Assembly: GCA_977030845.1 (NCBI GenBank)
Contig: OZ365118.1
Location: 3,224,001-3,288,000, forward strand
Length of the DNA: 64,000 nt
Reading direction: 5' to 3'
DNA from: Fimbriosthenelais zetlandica
Lineage: Eukaryota
Shown: one piece after another, positions 1 through 13,539 of the stretch
Numbering within the stretch: the stretch's first letter is position 1
Layout: each line of letters starts with the position of its first letter
Notes under the pieces: model-generated
The model's input: only the letters and a program-made list of their open reading frames with translations
What the model was told of the DNA's origin: nothing
The model's database searches: none
Translations under genes and position numbers: made by a program

Positions 1-454
1 ACTATGCTCTACAGAAATGAAATATAATCACTCCTTTATGTCTGACTCTTTGTCAATGTACACAATGAAAATCATTCTATATGCCATGAAAGAAGTAGTT
101 TTTTTGGCAAAAGATGTATGCTACATAGTTTGCTATTTTCAAGTTAGTCACTTAAATATTGTTTTAGGTAAGAGTTGACCTGAAGAGGCAGGGAAACAAG
201 ACTAATATCACTTTCTCTGATTGCTAAGTACCGCCCTTTGCCCTTTCGTCCCAGGGAATACCTGTTTTGGCCTGAGGGGAGATTTCCTAATCAGTGGGGA
301 TATAATAAGTGACATACAATGGTCAGAGGTTAGGTCGGATTAGGCTAATCCTCGACTATGCCTTACATATCTCATATCAACAAAAGGCACTGGTTGGATT
401 TTCTTATTAATGAGTAGAATAACAATTGAATTGTCTGTCAGTGAACATACATTT

Positions 455-533
455 GTAATGCATAATGTGTAATACATATATAATGTGTAATGCATATAAG
501 TGTAATGTATATATAATGTGTAATGCATATATA
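455..533. repeat. Degenerate 16-18 bp AT-rich tandem repeat
   Basis: About four copies of TAATGTGTAATGCATA(TA). Confidence 0.75.
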
Positions 534-1659
534 AAGTGGCTCTATCCACTATAGTCCACTTTTGAGACTGGAATTTAAGGTACAGAGAAGGGAAACCACC
601 TAATCAGAATACTAAAGGTTTATAAGAGGACAGAAGGGCTGGGTTTGTCTGATAATCTCACCGTTAGAAGCGTTTACAGGCTGGTACATGTGTAATTGTT
701 CATCACTAGAGCGTCTGTTTGACAAGCTAACACATGAACAAAGCACCCTACCCCCATCCTCCCCTGCTAGCTGCTATTTCTTAGGTTGACACAAGAAACA
801 GCTGATCCTATGCTGGCCTCTTAAGTACGGGTTTAAATACAGCTTTTGTCTTCCAGCGGGGACATTGGTGGGTCGATGATTACATTTGGCAGCTTGCCTT
901 GCTTCATAATACAGCTTTTCCACTAACAAATATGCATGATCGGTGCAATTAGCTTATCATATGAATATGAGGAAGGATGAATATATTTAAAATATGCCTC
1001 AGGGTTTTGGTTTGTATTTTTGATCTTGGTTTGAGTTGTTGCTTTACTGTATTGGAATAATTAATGTGGTGGTGGTATTTATCATGGCCTGGGAATGTGG
1101 AGCTCCCTCACATGCACTTGTCAGTAATATTGTTCCTTTGAACAGAATATAATTGCATCCAAATTGCATGCGGCTAGATTTGCACTGGGAATAATTACAC
1201 ACTTGTGAAAGTGTTTTGAGTTGTGACATTACAGTTGTATATATGCCTCGAGTAGGCGAAATTACACGCAATTACTCAAACTATTAACCATACGAGTCTC
1301 CCTCTCAAATTTATAGCCAGAAAATAATCCTTTATTCCCTCCAGTTATACTTTAACGACTTCAAAAACAAGTTTGAATGCACGGCCTTGGTGCACCTGAG
1401 CTTGAGTATGGGGAGTTAGGGATGTCCAGACGCGGCCAGGTTTTTGACAGAGTCTTATTATAGTGAGACAGGAGAGTGACCAGGTCGAGACCTTGGTATG
1501 TCAATCACCCCTCATACTCCTCTCCACTTACAACTTTTACTCTATGTTTGTTAAAGCTGGCCTGGCTAGACGGCTATAAAGATATGCTTGCTTGATCAGG
1601 GCTCTACATATGTACCCAGAGGCTCACGTGTGCCGTGAAAATGATACACCTTTATATGG

Positions 1660-1786
1660 TCCATTATATGAGTCATCAGTTCTACCAACATGGGTGTCCA
1701 TTGACCAGGGGTGTGCTCACAGTTACGCTTTAATAATCTTAAGTTTATGGACTAAAATATCGTAGTTTTCTTTTGCAACAGGCCTT
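1660..1786 (-). mobile_element. Possible highly decayed non-LTR retrotransposon reverse-transcriptase fragment
   Basis: With one frameshift and two stops the minus strand reads KAxxxxNYDILVHKL-11aa-W-7aa-R..SYNG, echoing the spacing of the LINE RT segment KAFDxVxHxILLxKL..W..SYL.xR.Q.VSxNG. Flanking RT motifs (FLD, GVPQGS) are not recognisable. Confidence 0.25.
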
Positions 1787-2315
1787 AGGTATTGGTAATG
1801 CGATATATATGTGCCCTCAAATTTCCCTTTGACCCACCACCCAACTTTTAACAATCGTGAATCCAGAATCCCAATCCTGAATAAATTGTTTAATATTCCC
1901 CTTATATTCCTTATTGGGAAAATTCCATTGGAAGGCTGAAGCCAGGTGGAGAATACCTCAGTATATTGTTCCATTATTGCTCATTTGAGTTGATATTATC
2001 ACTGAGAGCCGCCTATACACCATGGTAAATTTAAACATCAGCCAGGGTCTAAAATGTGAAATACCAACCTAGATCTGATTGACTTGTTAACTGATGAGGA
2101 CTGCATGATAGTGTAAGCAATCAAGTGATTGTGTACATCCTAGTTGATTACACATCAAATAGATGGTCAGATCGCCGGCTGTTGTACTAGTGGAGAGTTG
2201 ATCTATCAGGGGTGGACCGGGGGATGGCCTATCATCTAGTCATCTCATGTTAATGAGCGGGCCCATTCATATCACTACATCCCATCACTGTATATATATA
2301 CCAGAATGACCATCA

Positions 2316-2337
2316 CCCCCCCCCCCCCCCCCCCCCC
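2316..2337. repeat. Poly(C) homopolymer, 22 nt
   Basis: Direct count. Confidence 0.9.
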
Positions 2338-4400
2338 ACAGGCTCACCACCTGTCACTATATTGATCTCACTTACTTACATCTCTCTATTGTAAACCTCT
2401 GTATATTCTATGGGTATTTGCTTTCATGGAGTCCTTTGTTTATGGTGACTTTTCAAGAGAGATTTGGATCTGAATTGCTGACATCTTGATGGGTAGTAGG
2501 GCAGGATATTTAGATATTATTTCAGGAATTTCTTTGGTGTTTCATATACGAAATATAGTCCTGCACCTGTTGAACCACACCTAAAATAATATGATGGTTC
2601 CTGGCATATTCCTTCGGATATTCTGGAGACAAGTATCCAAGAAATGTAAGGGAAACATGTGTTGATATTATGCAGAAAGATATCCAAGAAATTTAAGAAA
2701 ATTCAAATGGAACTATGCCTCCCCACTCCCAACTTAATGCTGAGAATCATGTGTGTCAGACACTAATTTTGAATACAATGTTGATGCAATATGACGCGGG
2801 AAATCAGACATTTATTTGATTTGATGGTATCATATTTTTAATGTCAATTGCTGACTAGGTCCTCACCTGTCATATATAAGTTACCTTTATTGGTAGTTAA
2901 CCCCGTTATTTCATCCTCATTGAGAATCATTGTATATGAGGCAGTCCTTCATTACAGGTTAATTATAACCACCAGTGTCATCTCTCCACCCTCCCCTGAT
3001 TATACCAACGGTCAAGCTCTTACATGCAAATACTTAATAATCATTAGCTCCAAATGGGGGCAGATAAGAGGGGGGCTCTTGTTATCTGGCATTTACATAG
3101 CAGAAGGCTAACTTATTATGGACATTAACCATGGAATAATTAACCAAATTCAGGCTGCCTATGGGTTATACTTGGGTGCTTCCAACCCCCCACCAAAGTT
3201 TCTCCTATATCATCATTTCCCCGCATGGTTAGTCAAGTTTACATAATGTATGTATTATTAATATATGAATGCCAACACAGATCTGGACAAGTACTTATTT
3301 ACCCACATACATCTTCTATATTCTGAAACCTTGAGGTATTCTATTCAACAATAGCTCTGGATCTGTCATCGGGCTGACATGTATATTGCCCCATCTTCTC
3401 CTTGTCAGTATAATATAGATGGGTATAATTCAGTATATTTTGTAGAACTGTAGACATTGATGGGTACAATCCTCGAGTACTTGTGATCATCAATGTTCTG
3501 AGACCTACAAGGCGGGATGGGTGTATAGGAGGAGCCTAAACAGATTGTGATATATGGGGGAGATTAGCTCTTGATTTACCTATACCGGGGTATTGATGTA
3601 ACCCACCCCCTCTGACCCTTTACCTTGTTCTCTGACCCATCCCCAATCCCCCTCTACCCCCCTCCATTCACCCACCTATACAGGTATGATTGGGGGTTAG
3701 GAGGAGTTACATTGAGGTATGGGGAGCCTGTCTATGGTCTGATGCTATGGGGGTGTGAGTGCTTGATAATAGATAATGTATTTAACACATATGGGAGTTA
3801 GCCCTCCTGTGGTATGACTATTCCACCCATATCATACATCACCCAGGGTCATGGCCACCATAGACAAGGCCAGATCCATCACTCCCCACCCTTTATATTA
3901 GCTGAGATCATTAAGCTTAAAGAGGCCACTGGAGGAATTAAGAATCTAGTACCTTACCTAGGGTCAAGTGGGGGTCACTTCTATGTTCAATATGGAAAAA
4001 GATGGTGTGAACTTTTAAGGTGATTTATTTGAAATTTCACAAAGAATAAATGAGGATTTTTATCGGGGATGGGTGCGTTGAGGTGGCAGACATTTGCCAC
4101 ATGTGGATTTACTGATATCTATGGGATGTTTTGAGAACGGTTGTCAACTAACCCGGTCCCTCACACCTACATGTAGCAAATGAGTAATCAATTCTTGTCT
4201 CGTTAGCGGCCCAGTATAATAAAGACTGCCTAACGGACCAGAATATGTCAGTGATACCTTGGAAATGCCAGGATAATAGTGAAGGAGACAGTTACTATCA
4301 TCTCTATGGAATGAAACCATGTAGGAAATGTATTCATTGTAAATGAAATAAAATGTTTGTGAATATAAAGATCTAAAACTTTGTTTTCTTTTCTTTACAG

Positions 4401-5467
4401 AATCGCTGATCGATTTCTGATGGAATTCACTATAGCCAAACCGAACTATATAGTTTTCTACACCTACTTAATATAGGTAAGCTTGAATTGTCAACTTTTA
4501 TAGTCATAATCCACTTATCCAGATCATAAATAATACATTTTAAAAATAAATATAGGGCCTAACATAGATTCATCCATCATTCCATTGTCACTATTCTTCT
4601 GCGTTACAAGACCAGTAACTGTTGAATTTATTTAAAGTATGTAATATTCTTGTGTAAATATATTTTGTAAAATAAAATGATAATTACAACATTTTACATT
4701 TTCAGGTGTGCAGAAAAGATGACACTGCCGCAGTCTACCCTGATGTCACAGACATAAGGCAGCCTGTCTGAGGTACGTGGGTTTTAACTGTATAATGTTG
4801 GCCCAGACTCGGCCTTGGTTGAGATCTGGAATCTTTATTTTATACCCCTGTTAAAGGTGTGATAGTGAACCATTAATGTCTACCCACCATCACACCTCTC
4901 TACCCCAGCTATCACCTCAACCCACCTCACCCTACCTTAATACCTGCCTCCACCATTGTCAGGCTATACAGGCAGTCTGAGATAGACATCTTACTACTAT
5001 CACTATACAGTACATTACGCCAACATTTATATAACATTTACTAATACTGACTATAAAGTGAACTGATAAGATTCTAGTTTATTGCCTTGCTATTCGACTA
5101 GGGATAGGGCTAAACAATATATATTTTATAAGGATACTCTCTATTTTATTCTAAAGGTCATCCATATAAAATTTTGTGCTGCAAGATTTAAGAAAATGTT
5201 TAAAATGGAAACAAATCATGATTTGGTTGTTATTTTAAGCTTAAAATAATTGATCTTGTCAGTAATATAATAATTGATTTTTCCATGGTTTTCACAGGTC
5301 AAAGCTGACTCCAGACCATCACAAAGACCTGCATCTTCAGCTAGATAGCAGTCTCCAGTCGCCATCACCTTCCACCATCACCATCTAAGATCGGCCATCC
5401 CTCCAGCCATCGCCCACTCAGCCCCCAAGACAACATATTAAAATATACGAAGTGCGCCACCGGACCA
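4401..5467 (+). ncRNA. Putative spliced non-coding transcript or decayed multi-exon gene (exons 4401-4476, 4706-4772, 5298-5467)
   Basis: Three consecutive exon-like blocks, each with a polypyrimidine acceptor (TTTTCTTTTCTTTACAG|, TTTTACATTTTCAG|, GGTTTTCACAG|) and a consensus donor (GTAAGC, GTACGT, GTAAGT), separated by AT-rich introns of 229 and 525 nt. A further acceptor TTTTTTTCAG| lies at 5545. Each block has stop codons in all three frames. Confidence 0.5.
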
Positions 5468-8400
5468 GTAAGTTGCAGAGTTATATTATATTCAAATTGC
5501 AATAACATATTTTGACAACATCTGCTTTGTATGTATTTTTTTCAGGAATTTCCAGTAAGATTTCTTGTCATTTAAAACTTATTGTACGTGCTAGACAAAT
5601 ATGCTTCTCCCCCTTGCCATGTTTCCCTTCATTTATTGCAGCGTTTAGAGTATATTTTAAGTAAACTGATCGCTCAAGTCATTTATTTACATGTCTGTAT
5701 TTGAGAAATGTCTGCGTTTTGTTTCGTCTCGCGATCTTTATTTCGCTTCACGTGCGCTTCGTGAGATTTCTACACAACTTTTCCCTGGAGCACCATGCAG
5801 CCTTTCTGTGAAAAGGTAGGCATGACAAGTGTTCAGAGTTTAGTTGCGTTTTGTTTGATTTCAAAAGTTCAAGTTATTTGTTTCTTGGTTAAGTTTGTTA
5901 TACATATTGAGTAGGGGTGGGAGATACTGGAATATATGAATAAGAGACTAGCCGGGTCTCCTTACAAGACATTGGGATGTATGGAGGGGCTTGGTCAGTA
6001 GAAATGATGAAGTGTTTCAGCAATATGATATTACACTCGCCCTACTTGCATCCCAGGTTACCTTTTGTCCCTTTGTCCCGGACTAATAGAAATAGAAATC
6101 ACTGGCAGTGTTGGTTTCCTTCCATATGGGGTATGAATATTGCATGTGGAATGCCAGCTAGGTACTATATGAGAGAGGCAGAGAGAGAATGACTGGTGGG
6201 GCTGGCTGGAGGCGAGCTGAGAGGGAGAGTGGAGGAGCCCTAGGGGAGGAGAATAATGAGATAAGGGAGTGAGAGGTGCAGTGATAAGGGGACCCGGGAG
6301 GCTATCCATGCGTCTATCGCCATGTCTCAAGACTATCCCCAGATTAACAGCCTTAATCCTGATCAGAAAAACCTCAGGAAAACTGTATATATACAACTAA
6401 AAACAAATATTCTTATGCCTTGCTTCATTTGATTTGACAACCTGAAGTTTTTGTATCTTGCCTGTGAATTTAGATTTCAACGCAATATATAGGCAGGTGG
6501 AATAAAGGGTTGAAATGGGCCCTCACCAGAAAGAAACAAGAAAAATGTAGGTAAATATACAAAAAAGAACGCCCGGGTGTTCTAAAACTGTAGGCCTACT
6601 ACTAGTATTATGTCATATTATGTCTGTACTTTGACATAACAAATGTGACATAACAAATGTGACAAACCAATTTCTTGTATATATCCCATGAATTCAGATT
6701 TCACCGGGATATATAGTTAAGGAAGGTGGATTAAAAGTATTAAGATGAGACTAGAATTAACCCCTGATGTCCCCAGATGATCTGAATGATAGCCATAAAT
6801 CATTAGTGTACAGTCCCATAGAGAACTGGGGGTTAATCTCTGACTGACCCGTACTGGGCCGTCAGTCCCTGCGGTGTCCGATCTCTACAACCACTTCATA
6901 CCTCACCACAACCAGTGAGAAGATTTAAATGACTTACTCTTAATCCATTGAAAGTTCCCTACTCCTCAGCCAGAGAAGAGACGATCGTAAATCCATTTCA
7001 TATAGTAAGCGCTGTCTAATTGGTGCCCATACCCCGGCCGCCATTATCCATAATCCATGCTAATCCGATGGTGCAATTTACACACGGAGAAATAGGTAAA
7101 TCCATGATCACAATATCACATTTAGTCAGATCATCAGAATGTACATACTCTATATGTATATATGATCCATCCAGTCAAATTTTAGAAAGAAAATCCTCTT
7201 AATTGATTCTGAGATGGACATTACGTCAGCTGGAATCTGTTGTGATCCACAAGTTTTAATTAACTGGTGTTTGACCTACTTCTAAGTCCAGTGTCTATTT
7301 TCTTTGGAGGGTGGAGGTGGGGTGGCTGTTCTTTCCTCAACCCCCACCCCCTGATCTCCCCCACGCATTTGAACCTCAATGGTCAACATACTGACTGGGC
7401 TCGCTCTACCCGGTTGAAAATTAGTAGACAGAAGTTAGTAGACATTAAAATTAGTAGACGTCCTGACAATTGCTAGAATTTAAATAAATTTGTGCAATTC
7501 CTTGAGTTGAACACCCTCCCCCCGCCTCTCTCTGAGTCCCCTCATTACGTAATCCCTCTAATTGGTGCCTAATGAGGGTAAATGCCACCCCCGCCATATT
7601 GGATTCTAAATCCCCTCCCAGTCACACGCGATAATCCGCAGATTTACATATGGACACCAAAATATACCAAAAGGTGGGAGGATATTAGCCTGGAAATGAG
7701 CCGGCACAGGTAGCATACATATGTAAGGTAGGTGGACACACTGGTGGACACAAAAGTTGACAAAAGTCATGAATACAGGTTTATGTTGAGGCTTGTCGTG
7801 GTAAATGCCAGGCCTCAGGTTCATTAGTGGGTCGGCGGGCTTCATTACCCGGGGATGGGGCAGGTAAAGCCCGCAATGGTCAACGTAAAGGACAACTCAG
7901 TCCATTCTACACACAGGCATTTAGGTCTGATTATCTATTTAATCCCCAATACATAATATACGCCCATTCCCGTCCAACTATGTTGTCTGATGCAATGGTT
8001 TATGAGAGAAGTTGATTTATTCTCTTCAAAATATTGAAAGAGGAAAATGATTTTTCTCACCTTGCTATACCTTAAAATATTACATATTTTATTGTTGTTC
8101 AACTCCCTTGTGATACACTGATATCACAATGAGAAAAGTTGGATTTAGTATCTGCAAAATATCGAAAGATAAAAAATGATTTCTCTCTCTCCATTAGTAT
8201 ATTGTATTGTCTATCGTTGTTCATATACCGTCTATGGTCAGATAAGCCACTGTTAGCAAAATGAAAGTTAGCCATTACATTATTTGATATCGTATCAATT
8301 TCAAGTCATATTTTATATAAACTCGGCTGAGTTTTGAGTCCATGGAGACTCTGCTTTCCAAATATCATCGCGTGGAGATATATTTCCTTGGTGGAGATTT

Positions 8401-8567
8401 TAAGAACACTTGTCAGCGGAAGTGTAATTTTAAATCAATAAAAATTTAATCAGCCTGTAGCAGCTGTCAAATACATTTCCTTACTCTGTCTCTTGATGGT
8501 CACAGAGCACGAGAGGGGCAGGAGGACAATGAAGGGGCTGGGGATTAGACTTTGATGTGGTGGGGGT

Positions 8568-8585
8568 GGGGGGGGGGGGGGGGGG
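8568..8585. repeat. Poly(G) homopolymer, 18 nt
   Basis: Direct count. Further poly(C) runs of 13 nt (9027-9039) and 11 nt (9593-9603) lie nearby. Confidence 0.9.
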
Positions 8586-11500
8586 CGGAGACATGGGGAA
8601 GTGAGGCAGAGAGGGACAGATATATAGGGAGAAAGAGATAGGAAGGGGTAGGGAATTTGCAGAATAGAAATGAGAGATTTTTCGAGATATTGAATAAATG
8701 GTGATTTAAAGCCATGCCATCTACTATTCATGGCAAGGATTAATTAAATAAAACCATTAATGTTGAACCATTATGATCGAAACATAAAGATATTTCATGT
8801 GGTCAATATTGATAGTCTGAAAGTGACAGATCTGAAGGAGACAGGGGTAGACAGAAGGGTATATGTTCCCTGTCCCCGCCCACCCTCCCCCTGTCATAAG
8901 GAGCAGTGTATAGTGTAGAGGTTTTTGATTTTCGCCGCCATGACTTTGACATGAGTGTAAGGTAGCCACTGTCTATACTGTAGTCTGTAATTAGCGGTGG
9001 TGGTCTACCGGTCAGTCACCGGACCTCCCCCCCCCCCCCACCCAGCTCACATGAAACATTGCCTCTCTCTATATATCATAACTCTGACATACCATAATTA
9101 CACGCCAACCACGCCATTACTCTTACTCCCCACCCTCCCTGTATTGGTCCTACCTTGTGACTTACTAATTATTACTCTACTGCTGACCATGATAAGGCCG
9201 CGAACACTGGCTCCATAGAAACACTCAGTGCCGCAGATATGATTATCATTTATGTATCACATGATCGCATGTCATATTTCCCAAAGATGTAGGTGTTTTT
9301 CTTTTAGAAATCTGAGACCCTTAGATTTCGGAAATATATTCAGCTTTTAGTTTGTGCTAGATGGATACTTGATAGATTGGTATCTATGCATGTACATGTA
9401 TATGAGTGGGAATGATACTTATGTAACTGAATGAACATTGTTGCATCATGATTCCTTCCAAAATTAGATTGAACAAAAGTAATGTCAAAATAATAATTGT
9501 GGTAATATTCCAATGATATTTCAACATTCAGTGTTCTGAATAATTTCACCAGTATTTTCTTAAGACTCTCAGCATGGCGTGTGTTGGACTGTCCCCCCCC
9601 CCCTCCACCCACCTTTATTATTGATGGCTGGGGTGTGTATGCTGTTTGTCATTTTTACTCTTTTCTTGGTCACGAAGTGGTCACACACGCTATCCACCAT
9701 ACAATGTGAGTGTCCTAATGTCCACCTACACCAACCACTATACCGACTAGCCAGTTTTTGTCCAGGCTAAAAAAATAAATTATACGTTTCATCTGATACG
9801 CATCAAGAAAATCCTCCACACCTATGATTGACTCCTAAAGTTGTTATATTGAAATGAAAACAAGGACATAAATTTCCACGGGAGGGAGGACTGGGATGTT
9901 GGCGGGGAACATTTACTGGGTAAGGTTGGTTAGGCAGAATCGCACCTTTCTCTAGTTTATCCTGAAGGAGGCGGGGTGGCTCCTGCACACGACCTCTAAT
10001 TATGGCATTATTGTGAGGAGAAGCCCATGCATGGTTTTCATGTCAACTCGCTGCTATCTGGCTGGGGCATCTCGCCCTGCCCTCTCACAGAGCACCATGG
10101 CCCTTTACCAGTGACACTCGTTAACCTGAACTTATCCATACCCTCCCTGCTGCCTCCAAATTGTTTCCTAAAATTGCTGTCTGGCCAATTCGGTTAGCGT
10201 TCAAGGCTTAACCCTTGCCTGGTTCACCTTGAAAACTTTCCTTCAATTTCACTTCAAGAACTCAAACTTTTAAGGAATATATATGCGAGATGCAGAATAA
10301 TAATGCCTACCTGGCCTAAATGATATATTTAAAAAAATACACATTTGTTCATGTATATTTAATTTATATTAGGGGTAGCCTATTACCAAGAAGTGAAAGA
10401 CCCTTAACCTTATTCCATTTCATGAGATAGCCCTTAGTTGGTGGACTTTGATTCAAGCCAAGGAAGCACAATGATTCCATCCCCGCCTCACTTGTGGCGT
10501 GGGACCTTAATTGGGGCATTGCCCTTCCATATAGGTCCACCACACCTGTGCCTTTGATGGGGCCTTTCAAAGCCCCTACCCTGACATGACCATGTTGGTG
10601 GTTGATGGAGGACGGACTTGTAGAAGGCGGGGTCCTCTCTCTTTATTCTATCCTTCACTCTCCCCACATCTAAAGCTAAACCCTGGACCCTCTCTGAAAG
10701 CACCTACCGCTCCCACTTCCATCCTTGTTTGCCCCCCTTTAATTTTGTTAACTTCTTTCTTGATTAATCGAGTGAGACCTTTTGATGATGTTGATTAGGA
10801 AAGTGCCCTACGCTAACGAATCAATCTTTGTCTATTAGCAAAGGGCACCATGAATTTGCATGTCCTTTCTTACGAGAATGGAGGAAAATGTTATAAAAAG
10901 GGCACTAGACAAGTGAGGTATTGGAACTTGTTAAGCCTCAAAAACCCAAACTTGTCTATGATATTTATGAGTGCAGACACGGTTAGAGATTGGCATGGTG
11001 TGTATAGCTTAGACATAACTTAAAGCTGGGTCTAGTATTAAGGAGACCAAGCCACGCCCCCTTTAGTTCACACTCATGATTCTCACACAGGAAAAAAGTA
11101 AAGATTATAAAAGGTGGAGAGAGGTGGAAGGACCACCTGGTGGCAATAAGATCACGCCTGCACGGCGTACTGGATCCACGCCCAGGCTTCCTCTAAAATA
11201 ATAAAGAAGAAGGCCAGTACTTGTACTACAGTGGTTAGGCGGGTTGATGAACATTGTGTGTATAATTTACTCCCGAAAATACGTATCTTTAGTCATACTT
11301 CTAAAGGAATGATCAGAAAATCCTCCCCTTTTACTCATGTTGAATGGGACTTTTATGAATATTTTTTATTATCGGCCAAAGATTTTCACACACTTTAAAT
11401 CTTTTAAAAGGTCTGGTAAAGATCTTTCATCGCGTTTGGTAGAACTCGTCTTGCCTAGTTTGAATGGTTAAAGGCACAGAAAATGTAATATGTATTCTAA

Positions 11501-12386
11501 TCTTTGCCTGATTCTTCAAGATTTCCCCATAAATTTCTATTAATTTTTGCCAAGAAATGGGGAAATGATTGCCAGATTGAGTATGGCAAGGTGTGCATAC
11601 ATGCACTGGCCATAGTAAGTGGCTGGTAATCTGGGTGGTCTAGAGTTGGCCTGATCCATCAATAAATCCCAGCGAGGGGGGGAGAGGGAGCTACAGCGGT
11701 GTTAGGTATTCTGTCTTGACTTGGGGGTGGCGGACATTAATTTTATCTTCCCACACTCAGCTACATAAGTTGAATATTTAGAGAATACCTAACACTTTAT
11801 TCTGATGAGTATCTTTTACATGATTTATGAAAAGGTAAAATAACTATAATTTTCTAGCTTATTTCTGCGTGAAGATATATTATGCCACTTTGTGTATAAA
11901 TCTTAAGTTGTCAAAATAAGTTGACCTAGTGGTAATATGATATTTGTTTTACATTTTGTAGATATTGATATGCTCAACTGAAAGTCAAAACATTGACAAA
12001 ATATTGAATAATTATGTAACTTTGATTTATTCATTCTTGTGTACATTTCATGCGATGAAATCAATGAAACAAAGAGCAGTGATGATCAAATATATAGAGT
12101 ATTGTGAAGATATGATACAGATGATTCATGGTGGGTGATCTATGTACAATGTGTGGGTATCTACATGTATTATACACAAACATTAAGGCTCTCTGGCTTG
12201 ACATACTGAAGCGCCACTTCGCTCATTTCAAACGCGTTACAATTATTAGAAGAGACAAAAATCACATTTTGATAATATCATATATGCTGGAGGTGTTAGA
12301 AGCGTTTAGAAAATGATAAAAAAAAATGTCTTTGGTATATAAGGCTCTCTGACATATTTATATTATTGATACGTCTCAGTCATACA

Positions 12387-12397
12387 TTTATTTTATT
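12387..12397 (-). terminator. Candidate proximal polyadenylation signal (tandem AATAAAATAAA)
   Basis: Two overlapping AATAAA hexamers on the minus strand ~515 nt downstream of the stop codon. The region is AT-rich, so a chance occurrence is possible. Confidence 0.35.
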
Positions 12398-12910
12398 TTC
12401 ATTGCTTGTACATGAGCCATTTATAATCTAATTTCTCCAGGAACCACGTTCCCTAATTACCAATATTCCCCACAGGGGAGTCATATAGAAACAATAACGG
12501 AATCATTCAGTCATCTCTTCATCCGAGAGATTTCCACATAGCAGGCAGAAAAAGCAAAGCACAAGATTTTGAGAGAAATCTTTTTGGGAGAAAATTGATG
12601 TTCAAGCTTTCTATATGAAAACAATATTTGATTTAACTAAGTAAAAATTCAACGTCTTTAGGGAAAACTAAAACCGAGCTCCCTTCCATTTTGTGTGGGA
12701 AACTTTCAGTCCTGCAGCCAGCCATCTCATCTGTCGGGTATCTAGTATTTAGCACCATTATAAGTCTTTCCAGACATTCGTCTAGCCTTCAAGTGTTCTG
12801 TACAACTATCCTCATGGATTCTATCAATGCACCTCATGATTTGCATTTGCTTTATCAATGATGATCATTATAAAGATATGTCTTTAGGGGTAGTACAGTG
12901 GTGGGGAATG

Positions 12911-13539
12911 TTAGACCACCACATCTTTAGAATACTGTTCCTGTGGTCGATCATTTTGATGGAGATGATCTCGGGATGCACTATGTTGTAACGGCACGTC
13001 ATTTGGCCGGAAACTCGAACTAGAGGAGGAGTGCGCCCGCGCACTGTTGCTAAGGGCTGTGACGTCATGACTACTGGCACTTCCGCCCAGTCCTCTGCTG
13101 GCTAGTTGGTGATTGGTTGTATGGTGTGGGGCCCGTCCATAGGGGTCAGTATTATAGTTATACTGCCCACCACTAGGGGCGTGGTATGTCCGTGAGGGGG
13201 CCTGCAACAACCTGGTAGGTGGGGTGAGGATTTTACCCTCTGGAGGCTTTCTCACACTGTCACTAGAGAGGGCGTTGGGAGTAGAGCGACTAGTAGGCAT
13301 TGCTTGACGGGGACCCCGGGGATCAAAGTGCTGACTACTCCGAGGGTTGAATGTTGTCAGCTGACTCCCATCCCGGAAGTAGCCCTGGCCTTGACCTTGA
13401 CCTCGGCCGGCGTCTCTGTTGGTGGGCGGACTGACCATTGAAGGCACTGTTCGTGATGCTTGACCACCGACTTGACCGGTGGGTACTTCACGGTTCCTCG
13501 CAGCTGCCGCGGCCGCTGCTCGTTCAGCCCTCCGTCCAC
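12911..13539 (-). CDS. Pcdh: Protocadherin terminal coding exon 4
   Basis: Acceptor TCTTTATTTTATGATTACAG| at 13540, phase 1, matching the exon 3 donor (G+GT = Gly). 629 nt to TAA at 12911-12913. Low-complexity S/P/R/G-rich tail with WIRS-like LTTFNP (13343-13360), ending SKDVVV*. Total CDS 2718+135+178+629 = 3660 nt. Confidence 0.88.

Noticed and set aside
7930-8470. AT-rich block resembling a MITE
   Set aside because: No terminal inverted repeats or target-site duplication could be defined by eye; needs a genome-wide repeat library.
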